This document shows positions 8,845 to 16,639 of a stretch of DNA of 33,625 nucleotides, in pieces. Under the pieces are notes generated by a model. That model ran no database searches, was not told the origin of the DNA, and saw only the letters and a list, made by a program, of their open reading frames with translations. The position numbers and the translations under genes are program-made. The stretch is taken from positions 1-33,625 of the IMG/VR virus record IMGVR_UViG_3300022934_003742; one strand, written 5' to 3'. Within the stretch, counting starts at the first letter, position 1. Each line of letters starts with the position of its first letter. Source of the stretch: a virus (Duplodnaviria; Caudoviricetes).

Positions 8845-8956
8845 TTGCAATATCAGTCTTAATACGAGCAACTTTATCTTCCAGATCCCCATAAGGTTCT
8901 GGTAGATCTTGTTGCTCTCTCATTTTAATTAATCTTAATCTAATTACATCAATCAT
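8708..8956 (-). CDS. Possible small coiled-coil protein
   Basis: ATG overlaps the stop of the upstream minus gene; its 3' half overlaps the convergent plus-strand gene. Confidence 0.35.
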   Translation of the reverse strand: MIDVIRLRLIKMREQQDLPEPYGDLEDKVARIKTDIAIMNDRLGRNSQGHVRKAELSHNAKPSLSLSERLAANPSFRNAVRT

Positions 8957-9173
8957 ATATTTGTATTCCTGTACCTTCTTTTATATATTTAGGAACACAG
9001 TAAGCAGTAGCTCTATCACGTTTATCCATTACTGCATAAGTTGAATATCTTTTTGATAACTCTTTTGCAAAAAAGTTACACCTTCTTACATCATGAAAAT
9101 ACATATCACTTGATATTAACCTACGATCTTCACCTATTCCTAAATAGACCATTAACAAAAAAGCATGTAGCAC
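8949..9173 (-). CDS. Hypothetical protein with two Cys (exported/membrane)
   Basis: GTG start coupled to upstream TAG (TAGTG); MLHAFLLMVYLG...RCNFFA...AYCVP. Confidence 0.65.
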   Translation of the reverse strand: MLHAFLLMVYLGIGEDRRLISSDMYFHDVRRCNFFAKELSKRYSTYAVMDKRDRATAYCVPKYIKEGTGIQIYD

Positions 9174-9652
9174 TAGATATGGCCCTGACTCTTCAGTAAT
9201 AAAATAAATCCAAATATGGCACCAAGTATTAATACGCAGAAAAAGATTATGGCAGTTACTTCTATAAATTGCTTTCTTCGTTCTCTTTGTCGATAAAGTG
9301 TCTCTTGGCGATCTTTTCGGATTTTTCCTTCCATCCGAACTAGTTCTTCCCAAGCAGATTGGCCCATAGTATATCCAATATAATTACGAAGTTGTTCTCT
9401 TTGTTCTTTTGCCTTTTTATTTGCTATGAATATCTGTAAAGCCTCCTGCTCTGCAGAAGAACCGTTAAATAATTTTTTAAAGATTGGAGGATTTTTTGCT
9501 TCTTTTTCTGCCTGTTCCATATCAGAAAGACACGACATCCACCGGCCAATATCGCCAGCCATCTGCTCGATATCTCTGCCAATCTCAAACCCCTTTTTGA
9601 TAGTATTAAAAGCCGCAGTTGCTGTCGCAGCTGCAGTCACTGGATCTAACAT
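9173..9652 (-). CDS. Hypothetical protein with C-terminal TM helix
   Basis: MLDPVTAAATATAAF..., GAGG RBS, downstream of a minus-strand TATAAATA. Confidence 0.8.
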   Translation of the reverse strand: MLDPVTAAATATAAFNTIKKGFEIGRDIEQMAGDIGRWMSCLSDMEQAEKEAKNPPIFKKLFNGSSAEQEALQIFIANKKAKEQREQLRNYIGYTMGQSAWEELVRMEGKIRKDRQETLYRQRERRKQFIEVTAIIFFCVLILGAIFGFILLLKSQGHI

Positions 9653-9675
9653 TTTTTACCTCATTCGCTCTGGAT

Positions 9676-9683
9676 TATTTATA
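9676..9683 (-). promoter_or_regulatory. T4-type late promoter
   Basis: TATTTATA on + equals TATAAATA on -, 23 nt upstream of ATG 9652. Confidence 0.65.
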
Positions 9684-9685
9684 TG

Positions 9686-9721
9686 TTTACAAGCGTAGAG
9701 AAATGTGGTATAATATAAATA
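9686..9721 (+). promoter_or_regulatory. Tandem early (sigma70) and late promoters of the tmRNA gene
   Basis: TTTACA 9686-9691, 17 bp, TG-g-TATAAT 9709-9714; TATAAATA 9714-9721. Confidence 0.75.
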
Positions 9722-9725
9722 ACAA

Positions 9726-10060
9726 TGAAGATGTTAGAGGGTAGACAGGACGCGGGGGCAGTACCCGCCGCCTCCACCATAAACACACGGTGAAGTATGC
9801 GCATTAAACTAAAGACTGGTGATGAGTACGATGCACTCACGAAAGCCAAGAAATATTTTAAGTGGCGCCCAGGTCAACGTAAAAAGATTAAGCGAAGCTA
9901 CAATAAAAGACTTCGTCGTGTTTTTATGATGGGGGCGAAACAGGATCGACTGATGCTTGAGTCTTCAAAGTAGTAAATGCAAACGATAACTTTGCACCTG
10001 TAGCACTCGCAGCGTAGTGTTACCGGGCTGGCCACTTGCCTCGGAACAGAAAAGTGGTAC
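9726..10060 (+). ncRNA. ssrA: Circularly permuted two-piece tmRNA (alphaproteobacterial type): acceptor piece ~9726-9779, intervening segment 9780-9930, coding piece 9931-~10060
   Basis: T-arm GCGGG-GGCAGTA-CCCGC (9752-9768) followed by CGCCTCC-A-CCA (9769-9779). GGGGGCG at 9931 completes the acceptor stem with G3-U70 and is followed by AAACAGGATCGAC. Tag frame 9979-10017 reads ANDNFAPVALAA*. TGAAGAT 9726-32 pairs with GTCTTCA 9961-67. A pseudoknot-like element (GCCACTT/AAGTGGT) follows the tag. Outer ends are approximate. Confidence 0.95.
9797..9973 (+). CDS. Basic 58-aa ORF starting inside the tmRNA intervening segment
   Basis: MRIKLKTGDEYDALTKAKKYFKWRPGQRKKIKRSYNKRLRRVFMMGAKQDRLMLESSK*; GGTGA SD-like at 9789-9793; below the ORF track length cut-off. 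Confidence 0.65.
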   Translation: MRIKLKTGDEYDALTKAKKYFKWRPGQRKKIKRSYNKRLRRVFMMGAKQDRLMLESSK

Positions 10061-10077
10061 TTAACTTGGAGATAGAT

Positions 10078-10314
10078 ATGGTTGACTTGAAAACCGAAGA
10101 AGAAGATAAAGTAATTGAAGTAAAGAATGAACCAAATGAATTTGAGCTAATGCTTCGATTTTTTGGGAATGAAATTATTGCAATTAAACTGGCAGCATCA
10201 AATTTCAGTGGTAAAATGATTGTATGGAGTATCGTTCTCCTTATGTTTACTTTTATGATTATGGAAGTATTTGGTGTAAGCGCATGGTTGGGAATACCAG
10301 GGAGTGATTATTAA
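10078..10314 (+). CDS. Small membrane protein
   Basis: GGAG RBS before ATG 10078; C-terminal hydrophobic helix. Confidence 0.7.
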   Translation: MVDLKTEEEDKVIEVKNEPNEFELMLRFFGNEIIAIKLAASNFSGKMIVWSIVLLMFTFMIMEVFGVSAWLGIPGSDY

Positions 10315-10607
10315 TGACAAAATTTATAGTAGATTGTTGGAATTCTATAATGGATGATCGTAGAAATCCGTTAAGTAATATACCCGATTTACAAACAAGA
10401 CATGTTGTAATGCAGGTACTTGCTTGGATGTGGTGTATTATCTTTTCTATGTATCTTGGATCAATTGTAGCATTTGGTATTAGTGCAATACTCCACGCAC
10501 TAATTATAGCAGGTATTGTAGTTACAGTAGCTACATTTGAAACTGCTAAAAGAGCACCACAGTATTTCGGCGGATTAGGCCGAGGTGCAGGTGGAGAACA
10601 CGAGTAA
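10314..10607 (+). CDS. Two-TM membrane protein
   Basis: TAATG coupling; NPLSNIPD...MQVLAWMWCIIFS, two hydrophobic segments. Confidence 0.8.
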   Translation: MTKFIVDCWNSIMDDRRNPLSNIPDLQTRHVVMQVLAWMWCIIFSMYLGSIVAFGISAILHALIIAGIVVTVATFETAKRAPQYFGGLGRGAGGEHE

Positions 10608-10628
10608 ATTAATTTAAAAGGAAAAAAG

Positions 10629-10952
10629 ATGAGAAAGATTCTCGCAACAGCTTTCGCACTAAGCTTCGTAACAAGTGCAGCAATGGCTTTTGAACGTCCT
10701 ACACTTAACTTAGGCGCAGAACGTTCTTTAGAAACTGAAACAAACAAACTAACGGTTGGTTCAGACTTTGGGCCATTTGGTGTTGGCGTAGACTGGAAAG
10801 ATACAGCAGCAGATCCGTTTATGTTTAATATTTCCCAGGTCAATGTTGATGTAAGTCATGGTATGGGACCAGTTACCGTATACATGAACAATGACTTCGA
10901 CAGTGGTTTGAAACACGACGATACGGTTGTTGGTGTTAAATTTAAGTTCTAG
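10629..10952 (+). CDS. Small outer-membrane beta-strand protein (putative)
   Basis: Signal peptide ending AMA-F, alternating amphipathic strands, C-terminal VGVKFKF. Confidence 0.65.
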   Translation: MRKILATAFALSFVTSAAMAFERPTLNLGAERSLETETNKLTVGSDFGPFGVGVDWKDTAADPFMFNISQVNVDVSHGMGPVTVYMNNDFDSGLKHDDTVVGVKFKF

Positions 10953-10954
10953 TT

Positions 10955-11149
10955 ATGGGCGTATTCTTATTATTAACAAGCGTTCTATTCTTTAGCGCAA
11001 ATGCTGAATTCTTTGAAGTGTCTGAAAGGCAGCTTTCGGAAGGATACAAGTGGAAGCAAGTAGGAAAGTCCACGCCTTCCGGGGCTCCTGCCCTATCTAT
11101 CGATCCTGGAAATGGAAATAGGTATATCATTTATAGATTGGAAAAATAA
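10955..11149 (+). CDS. Small exported hypothetical protein
   Basis: Signal-like N-terminus ending ANA-E. Confidence 0.65.
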   Translation: MGVFLLLTSVLFFSANAEFFEVSERQLSEGYKWKQVGKSTPSGAPALSIDPGNGNRYIIYRLEK

Positions 11150-11517
11150 TGAAAACCTACATACACGCTATTATCCTTGTATGGTTAATGGCATTCTGGA
11201 CTGGCTTTGCACAAGCAGAAACTAATCCTATATTGAGAAACAAGCCGGTGCAATGTGCACTTCCTATTGACGTTGTAAATGAATACATCTTACCACATGA
11301 ACTAGATGTAATGTACATTGCAGTAGCGAATATTGTAACGCAGTTCCAACAGTCGGAACTTGCTGCTATTTCATTTTGGATGAATGTAGAAACAGGTAAA
11401 TTTCTTATGCTTGAAGGCAATAAAGAAGAAGTCTGTGTTATTTCACTGGGTGATAGAATGGACTTTAGTGTTGAAAATGATAAAGTCTTAGGATTATATC
11501 TACAGGATGCTCATTGA
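11149..11517 (+). CDS. Exported hypothetical protein (2 Cys)
   Basis: TAATG coupling, signal peptide ending AQA-E, KPVQC...EVCVI. Confidence 0.75.
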   Translation: MKTYIHAIILVWLMAFWTGFAQAETNPILRNKPVQCALPIDVVNEYILPHELDVMYIAVANIVTQFQQSELAAISFWMNVETGKFLMLEGNKEEVCVISLGDRMDFSVENDKVLGLYLQDAH

Positions 11518-11542
11518 TATTATAGTTCTTTATGGTATATAT

Positions 11543-11612
11543 TATAACTTTGCACCTTTGGCTGCCGCCGCGTAAGCCATTGGGCCGGCGAAACAGAATC
11601 TCGGCAACTTTC
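11543..11612 (+). other. Degenerate second copy of the tmRNA tag reading frame and 3' flank
   Basis: ATAACTTTGCACCT 11544-11557 is identical to 9986-9999; the frame reads YNFAPLAAAA* versus DNFAPVALAA*; AACAGAA follows in both copies. Confidence 0.6.
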
Positions 11613-11632
11613 TAGAAATAGGTTTATGCAAA

Positions 11633-12511
11633 ATGGTTCTTGAGCCTAAAGATAATACATTTAAAACGATATCAATACAAACTACATATAGCTGTCAAAT
11701 GCGGTGTGCTAACTGTTATTTGGGAAATATGCTAAACAATAAAAAGTTTGCTGACGTTGATATACAAAAATTTTCAGAAACAATTGCGCAGTTACCTAAT
11801 CGTTGTGACATTCGATTTATAGGTGCTGAACCTACTATGAATCCACATCTATTTGAGCTCATAAAGACAGCTCGAGTCAATGGTCATAGACCATCTCTTC
11901 TAACAAACGGTCTAAAACTAAGAAACGAAAATTACACAAAATCATTGAAGAAAGCTGGAATCAACATGCTTGGATTAAGCATGAATGGTGGTCTTGATAA
12001 TGAGATGTATGAGTTGATGGATAATGGTAAGTACGCTAAACAAAAAATGATTGCACTTGAGAATTGCTTTAAACATAAAATTATACCTCATGTAAATGTT
12101 ATTGTTGTTCCGGAAAATACACATGTGTTAAAACCACTTGCTAATTACATGTTAGAACTATCAAATAAATATAACATGACTAAATATCCAATCATGCTTA
12201 GAGTTAAATCTGTTGGAGAAGTTGGAAATTATTTAAAAAGCTATACTTATTCCATTGGGGAACTTAAAGGATTAATGAGAGATATATTTGGTTGGTTTGA
12301 AGTTGATCATGTAATAAATGGATATGAAGAAATAAATACTTGTGTGTTTACACTGCCAAATGGATTGCTAGGAAAAATTACTGATTGGACACTAGATGAT
12401 GATGGAATTCCAGATTCAGGTAGTAAACGTCGAGGAATATTAACTGACGATTACAAAATAGCACCATTTTTTGAATATTACTCAGAAATAAAGGAAGCAA
12501 ATTGGAAATAA
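11633..12511 (+). CDS. Radical SAM enzyme
   Basis: CQMRCANC (CxxxCxxC), FIGAEPT (GGEP-like), LLTNG; no C-terminal Cys-rich SPASM domain visible. Confidence 0.9.
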   Translation: MVLEPKDNTFKTISIQTTYSCQMRCANCYLGNMLNNKKFADVDIQKFSETIAQLPNRCDIRFIGAEPTMNPHLFELIKTARVNGHRPSLLTNGLKLRNENYTKSLKKAGINMLGLSMNGGLDNEMYELMDNGKYAKQKMIALENCFKHKIIPHVNVIVVPENTHVLKPLANYMLELSNKYNMTKYPIMLRVKSVGEVGNYLKSYTYSIGELKGLMRDIFGWFEVDHVINGYEEINTCVFTLPNGLLGKITDWTLDDDGIPDSGSKRRGILTDDYKIAPFFEYYSEIKEANWK

Positions 12512-13032
12512 AACCTATTGAGAAAAAATGGTTAAAATCTTATTGTAGCTTAGAACTAATAGATAATAAAATTGTTAAGCATTTTCATAGAAATTTCCCA
12601 ACTCATTTAGATGAAGAATGGCTTTTTCATTACAATGAATTTAGAAATATAAATAGTACGCCTGTAAAAATATATGAAGTAAACGATAAATCAATTGTAA
12701 TGGATTACGTTCCTGGATCAACGACAGCTATTCAATGGATATATAAAAAAGGAACTAGCCAAGGTAGATTATCGAAATTGTCTGCACACATTCACAGATT
12801 ATGTGCAGATATGTTAGACTATAGTGAAAAACATAAAAAATTATTTTATCACGAAGATTTGAATCTATCAAATTTTATGATTTATGATAATAAAATAACA
12901 CTGGTAGATCCGGAAAGTTTTATCTTCGGGAGATCTATAAATTATAATGCTCTACTGCAACCTCATCTTAATATTTCAAAGGTTGCTCATAAGATATTTG
13001 AGAATACAATTTCTCAAACTAAATTTTACTAA
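12502..13032 (+). CDS. Protein-kinase-like fold phosphotransferase (APH/RIO/Kdo-like)
   Basis: IVMDYVPG, YHEDLNLSNF (HxDxxxxN), LVDPES. Confidence 0.7.
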   Translation: MEIKPIEKKWLKSYCSLELIDNKIVKHFHRNFPTHLDEEWLFHYNEFRNINSTPVKIYEVNDKSIVMDYVPGSTTAIQWIYKKGTSQGRLSKLSAHIHRLCADMLDYSEKHKKLFYHEDLNLSNFMIYDNKITLVDPESFIFGRSINYNALLQPHLNISKVAHKIFENTISQTKFY

Positions 13033-13047
13033 GAAAGCGAATTGGAA

Positions 13048-13929
13048 ATGAAAAAATCTTTAGAAAATATTGGATATGAATACGAAATTGATTTAAAGTC
13101 AATGACAAACGAAGAGATTACAGAATGGGGCAAGAATATTATCAATGATAATGTTATCTTAATCCGTAATCAGGATTTCGAAAAAAAGGATCTTCGTAGA
13201 ATTTATAGCTGCTTTGGGAAGGCAATGAAAGCTGGTAAAAATCCAGTTACAGGTCAACGTGAGTTTTTTACGGAACCAGTATATTCAATGCTTCAGCGTG
13301 TTACAAATTTACGAGAAGATGGTACAACTTCTGGTACACAAAAAACAGGTATTTTTGCAGACAAAGAACTAGATTGGCATTCAAATGCTAATGCTAGAGA
13401 TGCAGGATTGGAGTGTTGTGTAGGACTATATTGTGTTATGCCTGGAGTAAATTCTGTTACAAGTTTTTGTGATACTAGACAGGCTTACGCAGATTTACCT
13501 GAAGATGTAAAACAAGAAGTGGACAACATTGAGTGTCTGTTTAAATTCGAAAACAATACTTTTTATGATTTAGAAGAAGATGATAAAGAGCTTGAAATGT
13601 TTGAGAATAGAGGTGTCTATGAAGGTGGTTATATGAAGCCACTTGTTTATACACATCCATTTGACGGTAAAAAAGGATTATATTTTTCCTTTCATTACAT
13701 TCGTAGTATGAGAGGAAACAAAACTCCCATGAATGAGCTTATGGATTATTTGATGGAACACACATTCCAAGAAAAATACATTATGCACCACAATTGGAAT
13801 GAAGGCGATTTCATTCTAATGGATCAATATCATAGTTTACATAAGCGCAACGCTGTTGATCCATCAGTTCCTCGATTACTTTATCGAGCAGCTTTTGATT
13901 ACACGAAAATGTATTCACCTATGGAATAG
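13048..13929 (+). CDS. TauD/TfdA-family Fe(II)/2OG dioxygenase
   Basis: ILIRNQ, LDWHSN, TSFCDTRQAYADLP, PLVYTHP, HNWNEGDFILMDQYHSLHKR, RLLYR. Confidence 0.88.
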   Translation: MKKSLENIGYEYEIDLKSMTNEEITEWGKNIINDNVILIRNQDFEKKDLRRIYSCFGKAMKAGKNPVTGQREFFTEPVYSMLQRVTNLREDGTTSGTQKTGIFADKELDWHSNANARDAGLECCVGLYCVMPGVNSVTSFCDTRQAYADLPEDVKQEVDNIECLFKFENNTFYDLEEDDKELEMFENRGVYEGGYMKPLVYTHPFDGKKGLYFSFHYIRSMRGNKTPMNELMDYLMEHTFQEKYIMHHNWNEGDFILMDQYHSLHKRNAVDPSVPRLLYRAAFDYTKMYSPME

Positions 13930-13933
13930 GAGT

Positions 13934-14467
13934 ATGTATTCAATTAGTACTACAGCAATACATGAATGTACTGAAGACGAAATTGAAAGTCTTTTTAAGA
14001 AAGCTAAAAAGTACAAAACAAATAGACTCTCACGCAATTATGTAATAGTCCCAAGAGATTTTTTAGCTGTTACTATTATTAAGAATTATGATGATGTAAT
14101 AGGGTTCAGTTTTCTTCAAGAAAGAGATATTTTCAATGGTATGGCTAGACTTTGTTCAAGATTTTTCTTCCCTGCTTTCACATCAAACTCACTTCAGAAT
14201 ATGAACTTTAAGATATCAGAAGGAGCAAGGTTAGAAGTATTTGAAATGATAGATCAACAAGTGGACTTTGGAATGAAGTTAGGTATAGAAGATTTTTTTA
14301 TATCCAGAGAAGATCCGAATAATAAAAATATGAAAAGAATATTTAATGGTTTGAAAAAATATTCAAAGTATGAATGGAAACTATCAAACAAAAAATTTAG
14401 AGTTGTGAATGATGAGTTTCAATGGATTGTGTGGACAGGTGAAAATTATTTAGATCCTCAAATCTGA
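13934..14467 (+). CDS. Hypothetical protein, possibly GNAT-like fold
   Basis: AGGAG RBS before ATG 13934; VIGFS...ARLCSRFF...QQVDFGMKLG..FFISRE pattern is loosely GNAT-like. Confidence 0.55.
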   Translation: MYSISTTAIHECTEDEIESLFKKAKKYKTNRLSRNYVIVPRDFLAVTIIKNYDDVIGFSFLQERDIFNGMARLCSRFFFPAFTSNSLQNMNFKISEGARLEVFEMIDQQVDFGMKLGIEDFFISREDPNNKNMKRIFNGLKKYSKYEWKLSNKKFRVVNDEFQWIVWTGENYLDPQI

Positions 14468-15094
14468 CAAAGCAAATCTCAACAACTTTTTAGTACCGTT
14501 AACTGTACCATTTCTTCTGTGGCATAGTCTTATATTATCGTAAATCAAAAGATCGCCCTTTTTATATTCATGCGTTGTAATAAACTTTTCTTGAAAACAA
14601 TGTTTCATTAAATCTTCTCTTTTGTTAGTCTCAGTATAGGCCTCACTAAAGAAAAAATAGCCATCTTGAATAAGATTATGAGTTGCCCGTTGCCTCTTGT
14701 AAAGTTTTTCTTCTAGCTTGTCTTTGAATTCACAAGGATGATCTTCATTTTGATCGAAAAATTGTCTTACACTGTTAACACATTCTTCCTGTTGCCTTAA
14801 CCATTCTGGAGCTTCCTCATAAGCCTTTGCCATGTCGCAGAATTGAATTGCTCCAGCGTTTTCGGCTTCCTCACAGTAAAGTGCTACATATGGATGCACA
14901 TCACTCTTATATCCGTTATCGTGATGCCATGGAAGATCATCATTCGCATTAAGAGAATGCTCTCTTTGTTTTTTTTCTGTCGTTATTTCCATAACAATAG
15001 AACCTAAGTTGTCTTGAGGTACGGGATTTCCGAAATCCTTTATCCATTCTTCAGGCGGTCGATCATCATAGAAGTTATTAATTACTTTTAGCAT
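14450..15094 (-). CDS. TauD/TfdA-family Fe(II)/2OG dioxygenase (short)
   Basis: LPWHHD, VALYC, QFCDMAKAY, HEYKKGDLLIYDNIRLCHRR, KLLR. Confidence 0.85.
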   Translation of the reverse strand: MLKVINNFYDDRPPEEWIKDFGNPVPQDNLGSIVMEITTEKKQREHSLNANDDLPWHHDNGYKSDVHPYVALYCEEAENAGAIQFCDMAKAYEEAPEWLRQQEECVNSVRQFFDQNEDHPCEFKDKLEEKLYKRQRATHNLIQDGYFFFSEAYTETNKREDLMKHCFQEKFITTHEYKKGDLLIYDNIRLCHRRNGTVNGTKKLLRFALSDLRI

Positions 15095-15106
15095 AATATT
15101 ATATAT

Positions 15107-16639
15107 ATGATTATGAAGACATTACTAACCATGCAAAGAGTAGGATCTACTTTAACATATCTCTATATGGCTGCACACAACCGTAAATTTTACAATGCTG
15201 AAAAATATCAATTAGGAGAAATGCTGGGTCCAGGTTGGCCAGATAGGATGAATAAGTTTCGAAATTTAGACAGATATAAAACTCATCAATGGCGCCAATT
15301 TTATGATAGATTTTGTAATAAAGATTTTGATTTTTCGATTAATGGAAGAGTAAAATTTTTAAATGACATGGAACGAGAAAATAAAAAATTTAGCATTAAA
15401 GTGATGGTCGACCACATTGATAAAAATAACATATGGCCGTGGTTTCAGGATTACACAAAAGACAAATCAGTAATTGTTTTACGTAGAAAAGATTTATTTA
15501 GAACTATATTGAGCACATGTGTGCAATATGAAACAGGATGGAATTACACTCACGATCGCGGCGATTCTGAATTATATTCCGTTTTGAAATCACACCCGAT
15601 TACTTTGAGCAAATTTGAAGGATCAACTCATAATATTATTAAATTTGATTTGCTTCTCCAGCAATACATTGAAAATAATAACTGTACTGAATTATTATAT
15701 GAGGATTTGTCTCACGACTTCTTGCAGAAGTATTTTGACTTAGACGATTCAGATGTAAAAAAAGTTTTAGAATTTAAAAGCTATAGTTATATTGATTATG
15801 AAAAATACATTACTAATATAGAAGAAGTAAAAGATTATTTTAATAAAATTTTTAGTGAAACACATTCAAACATTAATAGTGATGCAGCACTTAGCATGAT
15901 ATCTAGATCTAAGAAAGAAAAAGAAGATCCAGATTTTTCTAAGGTTTGTTATACTAACAGTGTTACTCCGGAAGAAAATTCTTCAAATACTCATGCACAT
16001 ATAACACACAACATGAACTTAGATGTTATCAATGCAGCAGTTGATTACTATTGGACCAATAGTGATCCGAGATTTTGGCATCCAGTAACCGTCTACAATA
16101 GTGGTAATGTGATATCCAATTTAGATAGATTGCAAGAAAGCAAAAAAATTGAGTGGAAGGTTGGTGCTTATAAAAAGGGAAAATATATTTATGAATTAAA
16201 CAAATATGGTCATTGGGTGAGATATAGAACTGATGAATTGTCAAATAAACATGATTATAAATGGTCAACAGACATTTATCCTTATAGTGATAATGTCATA
16301 TCCAAAGAGATTAAAAAATTCATGGACGTACTTGAAATCGAAACGTGGCGCGCTCGGCTTCTTTATATGGATAAAAATTGTAACATGCTTATGCACAAAG
16401 ACAGTCCAGAAATCACTCGCTGTAGCATGAACTTTAATCTAGTAGGAAACGCACCCATAACATTTGATACTGAAATGATTTCATATGAAGCTGCATTGCT
16501 TAATGTTTCACAATGTTGGCATGCTGTGAAAACTGATGATGAAGAAGAAAGATTAACACTTAAAATTATTATAAAGGAGCATACATTTGAAGAAATGTAT
16601 GACATACTTAAAACTAATGGATTTATTCAAGCCGCTTAA
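15107..16639 (+). CDS. Sulfotransferase-like domain fused to a C-terminal Fe(II)/2OG oxygenase-like domain
   Basis: QRVGST (5'-phosphosulfate loop-like), LRRKDLFRTILS (3'-phosphate motif-like), LLYEDL; C-terminus LMHKD...WHAV...ERLTL. Confidence 0.65.
   Translation: MIMKTLLTMQRVGSTLTYLYMAAHNRKFYNAEKYQLGEMLGPGWPDRMNKFRNLDRYKTHQWRQFYDRFCNKDFDFSINGRVKFLNDMERENKKFSIKVMVDHIDKNNIWPWFQDYTKDKSVIVLRRKDLFRTILSTCVQYETGWNYTHDRGDSELYSVLKSHPITLSKFEGSTHNIIKFDLLLQQYIENNNCTELLYEDLSHDFLQKYFDLDDSDVKKVLEFKSYSYIDYEKYITNIEEVKDYFNKIFSETHSNINSDAALSMISRSKKEKEDPDFSKVCYTNSVTPEENSSNTHAHITHNMNLDVINAAVDYYWTNSDPRFWHPVTVYNSGNVISNLDRLQESKKIEWKVGAYKKGKYIYELNKYGHWVRYRTDELSNKHDYKWSTDIYPYSDNVISKEIKKFMDVLEIETWRARLLYMDKNCNMLMHKDSPEITRCSMNFNLVGNAPITFDTEMISYEAALLNVSQCWHAVKTDDEEERLTLKIIIKEHTFEEMYDILKTNGFIQAA

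Noticed and set aside
9749-9779. tRNA-Ala 3' half or integrase attachment-site remnant
   Set aside because: Its partner 5' strand lies downstream at 9931 followed by a tag frame, which is the permuted tmRNA layout; no anticodon arm and no integrase nearby
10036-10077. TTG-start extension of the 92-aa ORF
   Set aside because: It overlaps the tmRNA pseudoknot; the GGAG RBS supports ATG 10078
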